From: Patescibacteria group bacterium
Lineage (GTDB): Bacteria > Patescibacteriota > Microgenomatia > UBA1400 > PJMF01
Assembly (NCBI GenBank): GCA_016861205.1
Contig: BOKX01000001.1
Location: 698,801 to 762,800, forward strand
Length of the DNA stretch: 64,000 nucleotides
Reading direction: 5' to 3'
Below, piece by piece: positions 47,498 to 57,270 of the stretch. Below the pieces are notes generated by a model. It saw only the letters and a program-made list of their open reading frames with translations. It did not search any database and was not told where the DNA came from. Position numbers and translations under genes: made by a program. Position 1 is the first letter of the stretch. Each line of letters begins with the position of its first letter.

Positions 47498-48376
47498 TCA
47501 ACCCAGAGCCGAGCCGCCAGATTGATGAGACTGGGCGGCCTGACCAACTTGTTCGTCCACAATTCTCTTCAACTCAATCAATCGATCGCGCGCTTCACTC
47601 TGGACGAAGACGTCCAGCTGACTAGGTGAGGGCGTCAAAGGTAGCCCTGCCCAAATGCAGTTACCTACCACACACCCTTGGGCACCAGCCTCGAGCGCTT
47701 CTCGCAGAGCTTCTTTGGCTTGTGCGTAATCTGGCTGATCGAGACGGACTAGCCAAGGTTGATCAAGCTCAGCGGTTAGCGTGGCCGCTGTCAAAGCATC
47801 GGGCACCGAGTTGACTACCATCAATTGGCAAAAATCGCGCAGTTCCTGAACAGTCTCAATCAAAGCTTCAGCTCGGGAGCTATCTGCTTTGGCGGTACCA
47901 GCGGGTAGCTCGAGCAAAGAAACATCGAGCCACAAGTCAGCTTTGACGTAGGCTGCGTAGTCAGCCAACTCGGCTAGCATCTGTTTCTTGGGGAGGGCTT
48001 GAGCTTCACTGGGATGGTACCAAAGACCAACTTTGACCACACCATAGTTAGCTGCAATTTCTTCCACTCCCCAATCAGTTTGCAAAAATGGCGGTGAAAA
48101 TGGATCGCTCGCCTGATTTGACTCAAGTTTCAACGCTACCCCAACTTTTTTAGCTTTCTGGCTGATAAGCGGTAATCCAAACTCCGCCTCCAACACTAAA
48201 CCAGTAACCAGTGGTGACCACTGCTTAATCAGTCGAGTATAGAGTTGGGAAATGTTGGCCGCTTTGACTTGCGCGTCGGGACTCGTTTGACCACATCGTT
48301 CAGCCAGCCAGTCTGGTTGATCCAGGCTCAGCACACACCAGCCACCCTTAGGGTTTTGCAAAGTTGCAACTCGCAT
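47498..48376 (-). CDS. Hypothetical protein
   Basis: 292 aa, Ala/Leu-rich, no recognisable motifs. Confidence 0.45.
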   Translation of the reverse strand: MRVATLQNPKGGWCVLSLDQPDWLAERCGQTSPDAQVKAANISQLYTRLIKQWSPLVTGLVLEAEFGLPLISQKAKKVGVALKLESNQASDPFSPPFLQTDWGVEEIAANYGVVKVGLWYHPSEAQALPKKQMLAELADYAAYVKADLWLDVSLLELPAGTAKADSSRAEALIETVQELRDFCQLMVVNSVPDALTAATLTAELDQPWLVRLDQPDYAQAKEALREALEAGAQGCVVGNCIWAGLPLTPSPSQLDVFVQSEARDRLIELKRIVDEQVGQAAQSHQSGGSALG

Positions 48377-48437
48377 GCCCTAAGTATACTGGTTCGCTAC
48401 CCAGTTTCCAAAACTGGATCTAAGACTGAGATGATGC

Positions 48438-50834
48438 TTAGTCGTACTGTTGTTGAGGTCGCAAGCCACCAGGGCGAGCGCCACCTCGGCTAAAACCGCC
48501 GGAGCGACCACCTCGGTCACCCCCACGGCCGCCGCGGAAACCTCCGCGTCCACCCCGATCACCGCCGCGACCACCGCGGAAGCCTCCACGGCCACCACGA
48601 TCTCGATCGCCACCACGGTCTGAACGCTCACCAGTGCCGCCATTACCGCGTTGTTCACGGACCTGAGCTTCTTGCTCAGCGGTCAGCATGGAAAGTTTGA
48701 TTTTGCCGTCATCCTGGATGTCACTGACGCGAACGTGAACGACATCGCCGAGTTTAACGATCGTACTTGGGTCTTCGACGTACTCAGTCGACATGGCTGA
48801 GACGTGCACCAAACCGTCGCGGTTTGGCAAGAAGTTGACGAACGCGCCGTACTTTTCAATCCGAACCACCGTACCATCAAACTCGTCACCAATTTCGACC
48901 ACACGCATCATGCCTTGGATAAAGCTAACTGCTTTATCGATAGCGGCTTGATCAGGAGATGAAATATTGACCAAACCGAGGGTCTTGTCTTCATTCTCAT
49001 CAACGTCAACTTGAGCGCCGGTGTTCTCGATGATGCTCTTGATCATCTTGCCACCTGGACCAATCAACTCACCGATACGGTTGGCTGGGATGGTCAACTG
49101 CACAATCTTTGGAGCGAATGGTGACAGTTGGGTTCGAGTCTCACTGATGGCTTCCATCATTTTGCCCATGATGTGCATACGACCTTCTCGGGCCTGTGAC
49201 AAAGCTTGGGTCAAAACTTCAGAAGGCAAACCTTTCAGTTTGATGTCCATCTGCAAAGCGGTGACGCCATCTTTGGTACCAGCCACTTTGAAGTCCATAT
49301 CGCCGACATGGTCTTCCATGCCTTGAATGTCTGAAAGGACAACATACTTGCCCTTACCATCACTCATCAAGCCCATGGCGATACCGGCGACTGGAGCCTT
49401 GATTGGCACACCAGCGGCCATCAGAGACATGGTTGAACCACAAACTGAGGCCATCGAGGTTGAGCCGTTTGAACTCATGATCTCGGTCACCACATGAATG
49501 GTGTATGGGAACTCTTCCTGAGGAGGAATCATGGGCACTAAGGCGCGCTCAGCCAAGGCACCGTGACCAATTTCGCGGCGCTTGGGCGCTCCGAAACGGC
49601 CAGCTTCACCTGAAGCATAAGGTGGCATGTTGTAGTGATGAATGTAGTGGCGAACACTTTGGCCTTCCATGTCTTCGATGGTTTGACCCAGTGATGGGGC
49701 ACCCAACGTCGTAATGGTGACACCTTGGGTAGCACCACGTTTGAACATGGCTGAACCATGTGTGCGTGGAAACACGTCCACTTCACACCAAATGGGGCGA
49801 ATCTCGGTCACTTTGCGACCGTCTGGACGAATTCCTTCCTCAAGAATCATGTCGCGGGCAGTCTGCTTCATTAAGGCGTATAACCAGCCGCCAACTTGTT
49901 TGGCAGTGATCAGGTCAGCCGCATCTTCAGCTTTGCCAGCGTTCATTTCACTCACGATCTGCTCGATCAGTTCGCTCTTGTTGGTTGGCAACAGCTTACC
50001 TTCGAGTTGGACCAGTTCACGGATTTGGTCGAGGTAGCGTTTACCAACTTCAGCTTGCAACGCAGCGTCAGCATCGGCAGCAGCTTGTTGTTCTGGGGTT
50101 AAGACGTTACCCAAAGCCAGTTTTTCGCGACCGGCTTCTTCACCAATTTTGACGATTTGTTGGCACATTTGGCCAAGTTGCTCTTGAGCTAAGCGGAAAG
50201 CTTCGATCAAAACATCTTCTGAAACTTCCTTAGCACCTGCCTCAACCATCACGATTGAGTCACCACTACCTGACACCACTAAGTCGAGGTCAGCGGTAGC
50301 TGTCTCAGCAATAGTGGGGTTGAACAGGTACTCGCCGGTACTCTTGTGGTAGCCGACGCGCAAACCAGCCACTGGCCCATCAAATGGGATAGCTGAAACT
50401 TGCAGTGCGACTGCAGTACCAACCAACGCCACCATGTCGGCATCGTTCTCTTTGTCGAACGAAAACACAGTGTTGATGATCTGAACTTCGTTACGAATGC
50501 CCTCTGGGAAGAGTGGGCGCATGGTTCGGTCGATTACCCGACCTTTTAAGATCGCGTCATCGGTCGGCCGACCATCACGTTTCACCCATTGGGAACCTTT
50601 GATGATGCCACCAGCGAACAGCTTCTCAGCAAACTCGACTGACAATGGGAAGTAACCCAGGTCAACTTCGCGACCAAGGGCAACAGTGGTGTGAACCACG
50701 GTTTCGCCACAACTGGCCAAGACGGCCGCCGTGACTTGCTCGGAAAATTTTCCGATCTCAATTTTTATAACCTTCTCACCCACCTTGATTTCAGTTTGGT
50801 AGGTTTGTAAGTAATTTGGATACGACATATCCAA
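48438..50834 (-). CDS. pnp: Polynucleotide phosphorylase with C-terminal RGG/GAR-like repeat tail
   Basis: Two RNase PH domains, KH and S1, then about 55 aa of (D/F)RGGRGG repeats encoded by about 30-bp tandem DNA repeats. Confidence 0.9.
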   Translation of the reverse strand: MDMSYPNYLQTYQTEIKVGEKVIKIEIGKFSEQVTAAVLASCGETVVHTTVALGREVDLGYFPLSVEFAEKLFAGGIIKGSQWVKRDGRPTDDAILKGRVIDRTMRPLFPEGIRNEVQIINTVFSFDKENDADMVALVGTAVALQVSAIPFDGPVAGLRVGYHKSTGEYLFNPTIAETATADLDLVVSGSGDSIVMVEAGAKEVSEDVLIEAFRLAQEQLGQMCQQIVKIGEEAGREKLALGNVLTPEQQAAADADAALQAEVGKRYLDQIRELVQLEGKLLPTNKSELIEQIVSEMNAGKAEDAADLITAKQVGGWLYALMKQTARDMILEEGIRPDGRKVTEIRPIWCEVDVFPRTHGSAMFKRGATQGVTITTLGAPSLGQTIEDMEGQSVRHYIHHYNMPPYASGEAGRFGAPKRREIGHGALAERALVPMIPPQEEFPYTIHVVTEIMSSNGSTSMASVCGSTMSLMAAGVPIKAPVAGIAMGLMSDGKGKYVVLSDIQGMEDHVGDMDFKVAGTKDGVTALQMDIKLKGLPSEVLTQALSQAREGRMHIMGKMMEAISETRTQLSPFAPKIVQLTIPANRIGELIGPGGKMIKSIIENTGAQVDVDENEDKTLGLVNISSPDQAAIDKAVSFIQGMMRVVEIGDEFDGTVVRIEKYGAFVNFLPNRDGLVHVSAMSTEYVEDPSTIVKLGDVVHVRVSDIQDDGKIKLSMLTAEQEAQVREQRGNGGTGERSDRGGDRDRGGRGGFRGGRGGDRGGRGGFRGGRGGDRGGRSGGFSRGGARPGGLRPQQQYD

Positions 50835-51003
50835 CCTTTCTTAGTGTGAGCTTGAGTTTCCGGAGAGAGTATTCTGGAGAAAAGACAAAACTAACGGTGT
50901 TTGTCGCCTCTCTTGAATCCTCGCTCGCCAGGGGACTCAGCTCTAAGTATTACTGTAAATTATATCACGATTGGTGTTTGACGAACCGAACTCGGACCGG
51001 CAG

Positions 51004-51552
51004 TTACTCTTCGGTAGAGTCAGGGTCACCAGCTTGGGGCTCGATCTCCGCAGTCAGATCTAGAGACTCAATGAACTGGCGGGCTCCAACAGCCACATCT
51101 TTGTCGGAACTACCTCGCTTAGACCCAATCTGCAGCTTCATGGTGTCAACCTTACGGCCAATGGCAGCTGGATTAGCGCTAGCTAGCTTTAAAATTTGCT
51201 TGGCGGCGAGAATGCCTCGAGCTCGCTCGAGCAATGTTTGCAGCTGTTCAGCAGTGGTCGCCACTCGCAGCTCTGATCTAACTCGTTGAGTAGCAGTTTT
51301 CTCAAAGTGGTCCACGCGCGCATCCGTCAGTAAATCTGGTTGAGTCGCTTCAAGTTGCTTGGCTTTGCGGGCCATAACTTCCAACATCCCGATGTAGAGT
51401 TCATCGTCGCCACCAGTTAAACTCCAGATGACGTTGGCTCGCTCTTGGAGATCGAGCAGTACTTCGGTTACACCGAGTTGCTCGGCTTTATCCAAGATTT
51501 CTTGTTCCAACTGAGACAGTGGATAACGATCTGGGTTAACGGGCATAGGCAC
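51004..51552 (-). CDS. Hypothetical protein
   Basis: 182 aa, helical, acidic C-terminus. Confidence 0.45.
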   Translation of the reverse strand: MPMPVNPDRYPLSQLEQEILDKAEQLGVTEVLLDLQERANVIWSLTGGDDELYIGMLEVMARKAKQLEATQPDLLTDARVDHFEKTATQRVRSELRVATTAEQLQTLLERARGILAAKQILKLASANPAAIGRKVDTMKLQIGSKRGSSDKDVAVGARQFIESLDLTAEIEPQAGDPDSTEE

Positions 51553-51580
51553 TTTCGTGGGTAACTACTACTTGGGTAGT

Positions 51581-51850
51581 TTACTTACTCAAACCAAGTC
51601 GTTCGATCAACTTGCGGTAGCGATCCTCACTCTTCTCGAGCAAGAACTTCAGCAAGCGGCGACGCTTGGAAACTTGTTTCAACAGACCACGGCGAGAGTG
51701 ATTGTCTTTTTTGTGTTGCTTCAAGTGATCGGTCAACTCTTTGATTGACTCGGTCAGCAAAGCAATCTGGACTTCTGGAGAACCAGTATCGCCCTCAAAC
51801 AGAGCGAAGTCTTTAATGATTTGTAGTTTTTGGGCTTTAGTGAGCGCCAT
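51581..51850 (-). CDS. rpsO: 30S ribosomal protein S15
   Basis: '[15 protein letters not shown]...[16 protein letters not shown]' S15 signature. Start set at the ATG giving an 89-aa product. Confidence 0.9.
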   Translation of the reverse strand: MALTKAQKLQIIKDFALFEGDTGSPEVQIALLTESIKELTDHLKQHKKDNHSRRGLLKQVSKRRRLLKFLLEKSEDRYRKLIERLGLSK

Positions 51851-52078
51851 ATGGTATCCCTCCTCTTGGAGAACCCTGCATAGGTGGGAATTGCTCTCAC
51901 CTACCAAGTGACCACTTTATACTAACCTGGATTATACCATGACTTGAGTATTTCTGATACAGTCTTGTTCTTGAATGGTTTTGTTAGCTGCTAAGAAGGC
52001 ATCAAAAAAAAACCATTCAAGAAACTCGATCAGGTGCAGCAACTTAAAAAAGTGGAACAGTTAAGCGTCGTGCGAAAC

Positions 52079-53545
52079 TTACGCTTCGTCGTCTTCAAGG
52101 TGATAGGCAATTAGCTTGTCGCCAATTTGGAATTGAAGATTCTTTTGACGGAAAGTAATACCACACTCAGACTTAGCCTTGGCAGAGTCAACTTCTTGTT
52201 TGCCGTGCATCATCAGCTTGATTTGAGGATCAGCGATAGTGTCTTCACCGCGTTTCAGGTGGTACTTGTCACTTTTCTTGAGTTCACCAGTTTTGACTCG
52301 GCAGCCAGCAATTCGCTCGCCGCGCATCTCAAAAATTTGAATGATCTCAGCTTCACCAGTGACTACTTCATCAATACCAGGCTCCATGAGTTTCAGCATC
52401 TGTTTTTGTAACTCTTCGATAAGGTGATAGATCACCTCATAACTCTTGATCTTAACGCCAAGAGTTTTGGCTTGTTCCTTGAGGTTTTTGGCTACTTTGA
52501 CACGGAAAGCTAGGATCACAGCCCCACTGGTGTTGGCTAGTTCCAGCTCACTGTCGGTAACTGGACCTAAGCCCGAAGCCAGCAGCTCGGTACTTTCCGA
52601 GTCGAGATTGGCTAAGATGGCTTCCAAGGTACCTTGGACATCGGCTTTGATAATCAACTTCAACTTAGGCTTGGTGTTGAACCAGTCAAAATCAACTCTG
52701 GCACTCCCCACACCTGGCTCAACGGCCTCAGTGGCGGCTACTTCGTCTTCACTCGGCATGTTCGCCGTATCAAAAACTCGACTTCCCACGGCTGGCACGT
52801 CCTCAAAACCAATGATTTCGGCTGGGCAACCTGGCAAAACTTCGGTTAGAGACTGACCATTTTCATCACTCAGCAACTTCACTCGACCGCCGACGTCATC
52901 AGCGATGATGTCTTGGCGAACTTTGAGTGTGCCTTGTTGCACAATCACAGTTGCGACCGCGCCTCGGCGAGGGTCTTTGGTTGACTCGATCACCACGGCT
53001 TGGAGCGGGGCTTCTGGATCGGCTTGGTAGTTGTTTAACTCAGCCATGGTCACCAGCGTGTCGAGCAATGTGTCGACACCTTTGCCAGTTTTGGCAGAGA
53101 CTTCGATGGCATCCACACTGCCACCGTACCCATGCACCAAAATGCCGTGTTCAGCCAACTGGCTCTTAGCCACGTCTGGATACACGTTTGGCAAGTCGGC
53201 TTTGGTGATGGCCACTACTAAGCTAACGTTGGCAGCTTGAATATGGCGAATTGACTCGAGAGTCTGTGGCTTCACCCCGTCATCTGCCGCGACCACCAAC
53301 ACCACAATGTCGGTCGTCTTGGCCCCACGCTCCCGCATCTTATTGAAAGCTGCGTGACCTGGGGTGTCAATGAACGTCAGTTTTTTGCCTTGAAACTCGA
53401 TCTGGTATGCACCGATGTGTTGGGTAATGCCACCAGACTCACGACCAGCCACGTTGCTCTTACGAATGTGATCAAGCAACGTCGTTTTACCATGGTCGAC
53501 ATGACCCATGATAGTAATGACTGGTGGTCGGTGCATTAAAGCCAT
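52079..53545 (-). CDS. infB: Translation initiation factor IF-2 (short form)
   Basis: G-domain '[12 protein letters not shown]', 'DTPGH', 'TKAD'. Start set at MALMH, immediately after the nusA stop. Confidence 0.9.
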   Translation of the reverse strand: MALMHRPPVITIMGHVDHGKTTLLDHIRKSNVAGRESGGITQHIGAYQIEFQGKKLTFIDTPGHAAFNKMRERGAKTTDIVVLVVAADDGVKPQTLESIRHIQAANVSLVVAITKADLPNVYPDVAKSQLAEHGILVHGYGGSVDAIEVSAKTGKGVDTLLDTLVTMAELNNYQADPEAPLQAVVIESTKDPRRGAVATVIVQQGTLKVRQDIIADDVGGRVKLLSDENGQSLTEVLPGCPAEIIGFEDVPAVGSRVFDTANMPSEDEVAATEAVEPGVGSARVDFDWFNTKPKLKLIIKADVQGTLEAILANLDSESTELLASGLGPVTDSELELANTSGAVILAFRVKVAKNLKEQAKTLGVKIKSYEVIYHLIEELQKQMLKLMEPGIDEVVTGEAEIIQIFEMRGERIAGCRVKTGELKKSDKYHLKRGEDTIADPQIKLMMHGKQEVDSAKAKSECGITFRQKNLQFQIGDKLIAYHLEDDEA

Positions 53546-53546
53546 A

Positions 53547-54818
53547 TTAGTTCGATTCAATTGGCGCTTGAGCAGCGGCGGCTCGAGCTGCCTCTTCTGC
53601 TTCAAACTCGACTACTTTAGCAGCTAAGATACTCTTTTGAGCTTCGTCAACTTCACTTAAGTTCTGCCACTTGTCTCGGAAGCGGGCCAAGTCGGCTACA
53701 GTGGTCAACTTGAACTGGATCAACGCTTCGCGAGTCTCTGGAGCCAAACCTTTGAAGGTATCAATTTCGTACTCTTCTTGACCTGTCACCATTGATTGCA
53801 CATCACCGGCAGCTGACTTGATGGTAATCTTCCAGCCAGTCAGTTTAGCAGCTAACCGTACGTTCTGACCACCTCGACCGATAGCCAATGAGAGTTGGTC
53901 ATCAGGCACAATGATAGTGGCCAAACTTTTAGCTTGGTCGAGCTCGATCTTGAGGTTCTCAGCAGGAGCCAAAGCACCTTGTAACAAGGTGACGGGACTG
54001 TCAGAGTGAGGAATAATATCGATTTTCTCGTTGTTGAGCTCTTTGATGACTTCTTGCACCCGCACGCCACGTTGACCAACACATGAGCCAACTGGATCAA
54101 CACCTTCTTGGGTTGACTTGACGGCTAACTTGGTGCGAACACCGGCCTCTCGAGCTAAGTTAACAATTTCCACGGCACCTGAAGCCACTTCTGGCACTTC
54201 TCGCTCGAAGAGCTTGGCGACCAGTTGCTTGTCGGCGCGAGACACGATGATCAGTCGACCTCGATGAGTCTCACGGATTTCTTTGATCAGAACAGTGATC
54301 CGGGCGTTCATCTTGTAGAACTCACCACGCATCTGCTCCTCGGGAGGCATGTACCCTTGGCCACGGCCAATGTCCACCACCACCATGCGACCATCCATGC
54401 GTAAAACTTGGCCGGTCACAATCTCACCAATTTTGTCGGTGTAGTCAGACAAAACCTGGTTCTTCTCGGCTTCACGAATTTTCTGCAAAATAACCTGCTT
54501 GGCAGTCTGGGCGGCAATCCGACCAAAGCCAGCTGGTGTCACATCTTGAGCTTTGCTCTCATCCCACTCGGTGGCTTCACCCGTTTCTGGGTCGCTAGCC
54601 AAGACTGGGGCTTTCAAAATTTGAGCTTCACCAGTTTGCTCGTTTAGCCGAGCAAAGTAGTGCATGGTCTCTTCGAGATCACCCATTTGTTTGCGATATG
54701 CTGATACTAAAGCCTGGCGAATACCTTCAAAAATGGCTTCAGCAGGGATTTTGCGCTCTGAGACAATTTGGGCGATAGCGGCCGCGAACTCGGTGCGCGC
54801 AGTGGTGTTGGTTTGCAT
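53547..54818 (-). CDS. nusA: Transcription termination/antitermination factor NusA
   Basis: N-terminal domain, S1, two KH domains and a C-terminal acidic repeat. Confidence 0.9.
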   Translation of the reverse strand: MQTNTTARTEFAAAIAQIVSERKIPAEAIFEGIRQALVSAYRKQMGDLEETMHYFARLNEQTGEAQILKAPVLASDPETGEATEWDESKAQDVTPAGFGRIAAQTAKQVILQKIREAEKNQVLSDYTDKIGEIVTGQVLRMDGRMVVVDIGRGQGYMPPEEQMRGEFYKMNARITVLIKEIRETHRGRLIIVSRADKQLVAKLFEREVPEVASGAVEIVNLAREAGVRTKLAVKSTQEGVDPVGSCVGQRGVRVQEVIKELNNEKIDIIPHSDSPVTLLQGALAPAENLKIELDQAKSLATIIVPDDQLSLAIGRGGQNVRLAAKLTGWKITIKSAAGDVQSMVTGQEEYEIDTFKGLAPETREALIQFKLTTVADLARFRDKWQNLSEVDEAQKSILAAKVVEFEAEEAARAAAAQAPIESN

Positions 54819-54942
54819 AATGGTCCTTCAACAATACTTGTTGATGAATACTCAAATTACTGGTGGGCTGTGTTACAAAAAAAGGACTTGCATACTCGCC
54901 GTCCTTCCCACATACCAGGTTTATTATACCAGAAGTCTGGAG

Positions 54943-55617
54943 TTAAACAAGGTCGCCAGTAACCGTAGTCGGTTGGGCTGCCAACCACTTCTCGATGTGA
55001 TCCTGAAAGAGGTCCATGTCCAATTTAAAGCCGTCACTGCGCCGTGTCAGCAGAGACACATGTCCCAATTCAGGAACTAACTCATTCAGTCGTTTTCGAA
55101 CAGTATGAATTTGTTGGCGAATCAGATTGTTGGCATCATGCTCTGAGTATGTCTCGTAACCTAGAGCTTGAACGAACTCATCTTTCGTCACGAACCTATC
55201 GTGTTGACTTGCTTTAAGCAGCAACTTCAAGACAGTCGTCGGCAGCTTGGCTAACTGGACCACAGATATCGCTTCTGCTTCTCGCATAACACTGAGTTCA
55301 GCTGTATTACTTAGTGATATCTTCAAGTTGCCCATCACGATAACTTCTTCTTTATGTGCTAAAGAAGCCTCCGGTTGATGGGTTGGGATACCTACCAAAA
55401 TTTGGTTGATAGCGTGTTTGAGCGCCACTGGGTCAATGCGGTTTAAACCTTCCGACCTACCAGCCAGCATCTCGAGATACACCCGACCAATGGCTGTTAG
55501 CTCATGATAGCCGTGTACATCTCGTAATGAGGCGTACGACGCAACTTGCTCAAACAGAAATTTTAACAAGACCTCGATCAGGTGTGACTCTTGGTGTAAA
55601 CCATTTTCTTTTGCCAT
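54943..55617 (-). CDS. Protein with C-terminal OmpR/PhoB-type winged-helix DNA-binding domain and non-receiver N-terminus
   Basis: C-terminal 'LIRQQIHTVRKRL...LLTRRSDGFKL' matches the Trans_reg_C pattern. N-terminal 150 aa is unknown. Confidence 0.5.
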   Translation of the reverse strand: MAKENGLHQESHLIEVLLKFLFEQVASYASLRDVHGYHELTAIGRVYLEMLAGRSEGLNRIDPVALKHAINQILVGIPTHQPEASLAHKEEVIVMGNLKISLSNTAELSVMREAEAISVVQLAKLPTTVLKLLLKASQHDRFVTKDEFVQALGYETYSEHDANNLIRQQIHTVRKRLNELVPELGHVSLLTRRSDGFKLDMDLFQDHIEKWLAAQPTTVTGDLV

Positions 55618-55673
55618 AGTGGCGCCAGATTATAGCGAACTCGACCTAGTTGTCAAAAGTTACTATTCTGGAC

Positions 55674-56360
55674 TCACTGGGAGTGCAACCAAGCACGAAG
55701 ATGACTTTCAATCCCGGGTATATTGAGGGCGTAACCTTCCCCACGGATCGTCACTATTCCCACGTCACCCAAACCTGGTACCAGTTCATTCAGATTATCC
55801 TTGAGGGTATACAACCGTTGCCGGACACTATTGTGAGCCGAGCTAAATGGTATGTTTTCTAAACCCAACAGCTCGATCAGTTTTTCCCGACTGGCAAAGT
55901 TTTTTTTGGCTTGAAGCAACTCAGCCATAACCAAAGTGGATAAGGGAGTTAACCTGCATGACACCCGCTCAGCAGCGGTGTCGTCGACAACAAACAATTC
56001 CAATGTCTCGCTCAATCGCACAATCTTGAGGGGACCAAAGCTGTAGTTATAGGATCGACCAATCATCTCTGGAGTTACCGTTTGTCGCTCCCAAACAGCT
56101 GCCACCAACTGACGCAACTCTGCCTCATAGTTGGCCATAGCTGGTAAAAATGGCTCGAGTACCTTGAGGTAATATCGCGCAAAAGTCTCAGCATCGGCCT
56201 GAGCAATGTGGTCTGGCAGTGGTATATGTGCGCTCACAAACTCAAATACACGAGTTAGGAGTTCTTCGAGGAATGTGGTCTCGTCGGCTGGTTGAACTTC
56301 AGACTTTTCAGCTGTTTCGCGTGGTTTTGGCATAGTTTCGTCGCCGATTATAGTCGACAA
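55674..56360 (-). CDS. Paralogue of the preceding gene: C-terminal OmpR-type wHTH, unknown N-terminal domain
   Basis: 'NSVRQRLYTLKDNL...IVTIRGEGYAL' Trans_reg_C-like C-terminus. Same architecture as 54943..55617. Confidence 0.5.
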   Translation of the reverse strand: MSTIIGDETMPKPRETAEKSEVQPADETTFLEELLTRVFEFVSAHIPLPDHIAQADAETFARYYLKVLEPFLPAMANYEAELRQLVAAVWERQTVTPEMIGRSYNYSFGPLKIVRLSETLELFVVDDTAAERVSCRLTPLSTLVMAELLQAKKNFASREKLIELLGLENIPFSSAHNSVRQRLYTLKDNLNELVPGLGDVGIVTIRGEGYALNIPGIESHLRAWLHSQ

Positions 56361-56363
56361 CGA

Positions 56364-57224
56364 TTACTTGTCAAAAGTTTGGGCTAAAGACTCAAAAAGT
56401 TGTTTTTGTTCTCGAGTCAGTTTTTCAGGGATAGCAACAATCAATCGCACGTACAGGTCGCCCTTGCCCTTGGACTGGAGGCGCGGCGCTCCAGCTTCAC
56501 GCAGTCGCACCAGGGTATGGGATTGGGTACCTGGTCGAACTTTCATGGTCAGTGGCTCATCAACCGTTGGGACTTCAACTGTGCCGCCCAAAGCTGCCGT
56601 TGCCACTGAAATGTGTTGATCAATAAACAAATCGGCGCCTTCCCGCTTGAATCTAGAATGTGGTTTGACATCGATAGTCACTTCGAAAGTGTCAAAGCGC
56701 AGGCGGGTGCCGTCGTTAGCACCAGGCGGTACTTTGATGGTGTGCTGTTTGCCATCGATCGTAACTTGCTTTTCAACACCTTTGATGGCTTCCATGAACT
56801 CGACACTCAGCGAGTAACGTGGCCGACGCTGTCCACCAAAACCACCTCCGAAAATACTCTCAAAAATTTCAAATGGATCACCAAAGTCAGCCCCCTCAAA
56901 TGGATTGGCGCCACCTGTGGTGTACGTCCACGTAAACGGTCCACCAGTCCGGAAGCCGCCGGCAAACGGGTTGCCGCCCATACCTGCGCCTGAAGCTGGA
57001 TCAAAGGCCGCATGACCAAACTGGTCGTAGGCCTGCCGCTTCTGCGGGTCAGACAAGATCTGGTAGGCTTCGTTGATTTCTTTGAAGGTTTGTTCGGCGT
57101 CATCAGCCTTGTTTTTGTCAGGATGATACTTTAGCGCCAACTTGCGGTAAGCAGTCTTTAGTTCTGTTGGCGTGGCAGTTTTGGCAACGCCCAACACTTC
57201 ATAGTAATCGCGTTTGGTTGGCAT
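56364..57224 (-). CDS. DnaJ-class chaperone without zinc finger (CbpA-like)
   Basis: J domain 'DYYEVLGV...YHPDKN', G/F-rich linker, C-terminal substrate-binding domains, no CxxCxGxG repeats. Confidence 0.8.
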   Translation of the reverse strand: MPTKRDYYEVLGVAKTATPTELKTAYRKLALKYHPDKNKADDAEQTFKEINEAYQILSDPQKRQAYDQFGHAAFDPASGAGMGGNPFAGGFRTGGPFTWTYTTGGANPFEGADFGDPFEIFESIFGGGFGGQRRPRYSLSVEFMEAIKGVEKQVTIDGKQHTIKVPPGANDGTRLRFDTFEVTIDVKPHSRFKREGADLFIDQHISVATAALGGTVEVPTVDEPLTMKVRPGTQSHTLVRLREAGAPRLQSKGKGDLYVRLIVAIPEKLTREQKQLFESLAQTFDK

Positions 57225-57270
57225 AGGTCAGATCCTGATTTTAGCAAGTTTCGTGATAAATGTTAAGCAC

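Noticed and set aside
48380-48904. ORFs 48380..48658- and 48683..48904- overlapping pnp
   Set aside because: Out-of-frame readings of the GC-rich RGG repeat and S1 region. Spurious.
51969-52018. 13-bp inverted repeat (TTCTTGAATGGTT/AACCATTCAAGAA) between rpsO and infB as an intrinsic terminator
   Set aside because: On the transcribed (minus) strand the T-run falls inside the loop rather than after the stem. More likely an RNA processing or regulatory hairpin than a canonical terminator.
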